A DNA stretch of 64,000 bases from Candidatus Porifericomitales bacterium. Its GTDB lineage: Bacteria > Pseudomonadota > Gammaproteobacteria > CBDEFV01. The notes beneath the pieces were generated by a model that searched no databases, had not been told where the DNA came from, and saw only the letters and a program-made list of their open reading frames with translations. This document shows positions 27,201 to 33,200 of this stretch, piece after piece. Numbering within the stretch: position 1 is the first letter of the stretch; every line of letters begins with the position of its first letter. The stretch covers positions 157,169 to 221,168 of the forward strand of contig CBDEFV010000003.1 of the NCBI GenBank assembly GCA_965237735.1, written 5' to 3'. The position numbers and the translations under genes were made by a program.

Positions 27201-30200
27201 AGCTATGCCATGGGCGATGCCGATGGCGGGGGCGGAAGAGAGGACCATGCCAGCAGGCTGGTGGGACAGCAGACGGGCGGCTCGATCCGGCAGAGCTATG
27301 GCTTTGGCGGGCTGATCGGCGGGGAGTTCACGATGGCGGAGCGCCCTCCCCCCGTGTCCGGTGCCGCCGAATTGACCGCAACCCATGCCGCATCCTTTTG
27401 GAATACAGCCGCCAGCAACACCTTGGGCGCCTGGGATTTCGGCAGCGATGAGCAGGTCCCGGTGCTGAGCTATGCCGACTATGACGGCGAGGGTGCGGCC
27501 TTCAACTGCGATCAGTTCCCTCCTGGCGTTTGCGGCACCCTGTTGCCGGGCCAGGTCGACGTGAGCGCAGACGGCTCTTCCAGAGTGAAGTTCGGCGCCG
27601 CCGCTACCCTGACCGGTTCGCTCAGGTTCAGCCGCCGCGTCGTCATCAGCTCCTGGCATTGGCTCCAACTGCAGGGTCCCCCCGTCGCCCTGAGGGACGC
27701 CGACAGCCGCGAAGCAACGTTCCTGGCGCCGAGTATTCCTGCCACCCTGGTATTCATGCTGACCGTTATCGATGGCGAAGGCCAGGCATACAGCGACCGC
27801 GTCACCCTCTTCGTCAGGCTTGGGTTCGCCGATGAGGATGGAGATGGCCTGATCGAGATTTACAGCCTGACCATGCTGCACAACATGCGCTACGACCTGG
27901 CGGGCCTGAGCTACAAAACCAGTACCACCTCGGTCGGGGACAGCTCGGGCTGTCCCGCCTCGGGCTGCTTCGGCTATGAGTTGGTGCAGCCTCTTGACTT
28001 TGATACGGATGCTGATGGAACCTGGTCGGGCGACAGCAGTGGGGGGTACAGTTTGGATGGGGATGACAGCAGTGCGCCTTACTTTGAGGTGTCCGGAGGC
28101 GAGGGCGGCTGGCAGCCGATTGGCGACCGTGCAGATCCCTTTGCCGCCGTCTTTGACGGCAACGGCCACAGCATCGGCAACCTCGCCATTCGCCGCGATC
28201 AAACTGATGTAGGGCTCTTCGGTCGGATTGGAGAGGGTGCAGCCATCCGCAATCTCGGCCTGGTTGACAACCTGGCGGATTACACCGGCCCCAGCGGTGG
28301 TCAGAATTTCATTGGCGGCTTGGTGGGGAGGCAGAGCAGTGGTGCAATCAGCGCGAGCTACGCGACCGGCGTCGCCGATGGTGGCCTCGGCAACTATGAT
28401 AGTGTCGGCGGGCTGGTGGGCTATCTGAGAGGCGGCTCGATCACGGCGAGCCATGCCAGGGGCGATGTCGATGGCGGAATCGGCGACTATGATCAGGTTG
28501 GCGGGCTGGTGGGCCGGCAGGACGGCGGCTCGATCACGGCGAGCTATGCCAGGGGCTCTGCCGATGGCGGGGGCGGCAACGAGGACTCTGCCGGCGGGCT
28601 GGTGGGCTGGCAGCAAGGCGGCTCGATCACGGCGAGCTATGCCTGGGGAGATGTCAATGGTGGAAGCGGCTACGATGATCGGGCCGGCGGGCTGGTGGGC
28701 TGGCAGGGCCGCGGCTCGATGATCGTGGCGAGTTACGCTACGGGCGCTGCCGATGGCGGGGATGGCGAGCGAGACTTTGCCGGCGGACTGGTGGGCTTCG
28801 GACGCGGATGGATCCGGCGGAGTTATGGCTTTGGCGGGCTCATGGGCGGGGAGTTCGCGGCGGGGGCGGATGGCGATCCCCCCGTGCCCGGTGCCGCCGA
28901 ATTGACCGCAACCCATGCCGGATCCTTCTGGAATACAGCCGCCAAAAACACCTTGGGGGCCTGGGATTTCGGCAGCGATGAGCAGGTCCCGGTGCTGAAC
29001 TATGCCGACTATGATGGCGAGGGTGCGGCCTTCAACTGCAACCAGTTCCTTCCCGGCGCCTGCGGCACCCTCTTGCCGGGCCAGGGGGAGTTGAGCGCAG
29101 TAGGCGACCCTGACTCCCCGATCCTCCTGCAGTTCGACACAACCGCCACCCTGACCGGCTCGCATGCACTTCGCGTCCCCATCATATCCTGGCGCTGGCG
29201 GCAACTGCAGGGTCCGATAGTCGCCCTGGCAGACGCAGACACGGCCACCCCGACCTTCAGAGTGCCGGCTCCCGGCGTCCCTCTGGTATTTGAGCTGACC
29301 GCCGTCGACAGCAACGACCATGAATACAGGGATCGCATCACGTTGGTTGTCGTGTCTGACAGCGATGGAGATGGCCTGATCGAGATCTACGACCTGACCA
29401 TGCTGCACAACATGCGCTACGACTTGGCGGGCACCAGCTACAGGACCAGCGCCGCGGCTGAGGGAAACCCCTTCGGCTGTCCTCAGGCGGGTTGCCACGG
29501 CTATGAATTGAACCGGGACCTGGACTTTGATAGCGATGGCGATGGAACCTGGTCGGGCGACAGCAAGGGGGGCTACAGCTTGGATGTGAATGACAGCAGG
29601 GCGCCATACTTTGTGGTCAATTCCGCTGCCGGCGGCTGGCAGCCGATTGGCGACAGTGTCAATCCCTTTGCCGCCGTCTTTGACGGCACCGGCCACAGCA
29701 TCGGCAACCTCGCCATCCGCCGCGATCAAGCCTCCGTCGGGCTCTTTGGCGTGATCGGAGAGGGTGCGACCATCCGCAACCTCGGCCTGGTTGACAACCT
29801 GGCGGATTACACCGGCTCCAGCGATGATGGGATTTCCATTGGCGGCTTGGTGGGGCGGCAGAGGAGTGGTGCAATCAGCGCCATCTCCGCCACCGGCACC
29901 GCCGATGGCGGAGATGGCGGCAAGGATTGGGTCGGCGGGCTGGTGGGCTTGCAGGAGGGGGGCTTGATCATGGCGAGCTATGCCAGGGGCACTGCCGATG
30001 GCGGGGTCGGCAACGGGGACAGTGTCGGCGGACTGGTGGGTGTGCAGGTTGATGGCTCGATCACGGCGAGTTACGCTACGGGAGCTGTCGATGGCGGAAT
30101 CGGCGACGATGATCGGGCTGGCGGGCTGGTGGGCCGGCAGCAAGGCGGTTCGATCACGGCGAGCTATGCCAGGGGCTCTGCCGATGGCGGGGTCGGCAAC

Positions 30201-33200
30201 GGGGACAGTGCCGGCGGACTGGTGGGTGTGCAGGTTGATGGCTCGATCACGGCGAGTTACGCTACGGGAGCTGTCGATGGCGGAATCGGCGACAATGATC
30301 GGGCTGGCGGACTGGTGGGTATACAGTTAGATGGCGGGATCACGGCGAGCTATGCCAGGGGCGATGTCGATGGCGGCGGCGGCGGCGGTACTCGGGTCGG
30401 CGGGCTGGTGGGCTGGCAGGGAGGCGGCTCGATCGGGCAGAGTTATGGCTTTGGCGTGCTGATGGGCGGGGGGGAGTCCGCGGGGACGGATGGCGCTCCC
30501 CCTGTGCCCAGTGCCGCCGAATTGACCGCAACCCATGCCGGATCCTCTTGGAATGCGGCCGCCAGCAACACCTTGGGCGCCTGGGATTTCGGCAGCGATG
30601 AGCAGGTCCCGGTGCTGAACTATGCCGACTATGACGGCTCTGGTAGCGTCTTCCACTGTGCCCAGTTCCCCCCCGGCGTTTGCGCCGCCGCCGCCCTGTT
30701 GCCGGGCCAGGATGAGGTGAGCGCGGGCGACTCTTCCAGAGTGCAGTTCGGCGCCGCCGCTACCCTGACCGGCTCGGTTGCATTCGGCCGCGTCGCCATC
30801 AGCTCCTGGCATTGGCGGCAACTGCAGGGTCCCCCCGTCCCCCTGAGGGGCGCCGACAGCCGGGAAGCAACCTTCCTGGCGCCGGAGATCCTGGCCACCC
30901 TGGTGTTCATGCTGACTGCTGTCGATGGTGAAGGCCAGGTATACAGCGACCGCGTCACCCTCTTCACCGCTGCGGCTGAGTTTGCCGATGAGGATGGAAA
31001 TGGCCTGATCGAGATTCACAACCTGACCATGCTGCACAACATGCGCTACGACCTGGCGGGCAGAAGCTACAAAACCAGTGCCGCCTTGGTCGGGGACAGC
31101 AGGGGCTGTCCCGCCCGGGGCTGCTTTGGCTATGAGTTGGTGCAGCCCCTCGACTTTGATACGGATGCTGATGGAACCTGGTCGGGCAACAGCAGTGAGG
31201 GGTACAGTTTGGATGGGGATGACAGCATGGCGCCATACTTTGTGGTGGATTCCGCTGCCGGCGGCTGGCAGCCGATCGGCGACCGTGCCCATCCCTTTGC
31301 CGCCGTCTTTGACGGCAACGGCCACAGCATCGGCAACCTCGCCGTCCGTCGCAGTCAGACTGCCTACGTCGGGTTCTTCGGCGCGATGGGAGGGAGTGCG
31401 GTCATCCGCAACCTCGGCCTGGTTGACAACCTGGCGGATTATACCGGCTCCAGCGATGGTGAGATTTCCATTGGCGGCTTGGTGGGGCGGCAGAGGGGAG
31501 GTGCAATCAGCGCCAGCTACGCCACCGGCACCGCCGATGGCGGGAGCGGCGGCAATGATCGGGCTGGCGGCCTGGTGGGCTGGCAGGACGGCGGTTCAAT
31601 CATCCTGAGCTATGCCACGGGCAATGCCGCTGGCGGGGGCGGCGACGATGATGGGGTCGGCGGGCTGGTGGGCCGGCAGGAAGGCGGCGGTTCAATCATC
31701 CTGAGCTATGCTACGGGCACTGCCGATGGCGGGAGCGGAATTGAGGATCAGGTCGGCGGGCTGGTGGGCTTGCAGTTGGATGGCTCGATCACGGCGAGCT
31801 ACGCCACAGGCAATGTCGATGGCGGGGGCGGCAACACCGACTATGTCGGCGGGCTGGTGGGCCGGCAGTCCAGGGGCTCGATCACGGCGGGCTACGCCAC
31901 AGGCAATGTCGATGGCGGGGGCGGCAACACCGACTATGTCGGCGGGCTGGTGGGCAGGCAGTCCAGGGGCTCGATCACGGCGAGCTACGCCACAGGCGAT
32001 GTCGATGGCGGGGTTGGCAACACCGACTATGTCGGCAGGCTGATCGGCTTTCAGGGAGACGACTCGATGATCTGGCAGAGCTATGGCTTTGGCGGGCTCA
32101 TGGGCGGAGATTTCACGGGGCCGGATGGCACTCCCCCCGTGCCCAGTGCCGCCGAATTGACCGCAACCCATGCCGGATCCTCCTGGAATGCAGCCGACAG
32201 CAACACCTTGGGCGCCTGGGATTTCGGCAGCGATGAGCAGATCCCGGTGCTGAACTATGCCGACTATGACGGCTCTGGTAGCGTCTTCCACTGTGCCCAT
32301 TTCCCTCCCGGTGCCTGCGGCACCTTTTTGCCGGGCCAAGTGCCGCCGGCGGCGCTGAAGGCACTGCAATTGAGCGCCGGCGTTGTTTTGCATCCAGCCT
32401 TCACCCGGGCGACCCTGACTTATACCGCCTCGGTCGTCAACGACATCGAATTCATCACCATCGCAACAATGCCAGCCCATCTCAATGCCCTGGCTGAAAT
32501 CACGCCGGCGGATGCCGACGGCACTGGAGACGGCCACCAGGTGAATCTCGCCGTGGGTGAAAACTTCATCGCCATAGAGGTGACGGCGGCGGACGGCATG
32601 AATGTGCAGAGGTACACCCTGACGCTGACCCGCGCTCCCTCCACCGATGCGACCCTGGGTGCGCTGGAACTGAGCGGCGGCGTCGCTCTGCGGCCCATCT
32701 TTGCTGCGGCGGTGCGGAGCTACACGGTCTCGGTGGCCAACGACATCGAAACCATTACCCTCACGGCGACGCCGACCCATGCCAACGCCTGGGCCGGGAT
32801 CACGCCGGCAGATGCCGACCTCAATGCAGCGGGTTATCAGCTGGCTCTCGATGTGGGTCCAAACCTCATCACCATGGAGGTGACGGCAGAGGACGGCATG
32901 AATGTGCAGAGGTACACCCTGACGCTGACCCGCGCTCCCTCCACCGATGCGACCCTGGGTGCGCTGGAACTGAGCGGCGGCGTCGCTCTGCGGCCCATCT
33001 TTGCTGCGGCGGTGCGGAGCTACACGGTCTCGGTGGCCAACGACATCGAAACCATTACCCTCACGGCGACGCCGACCCATGCCAACGCCTGGGCCGGGAT
33101 CACGCCGGCAGATGCCGACCTCAATGCAGCGGGTTATCAGCTGGCTCTCGATGTGGGTCCAAACCTCATCACCATGGAGGTGACGGCAGAGGACGGCATG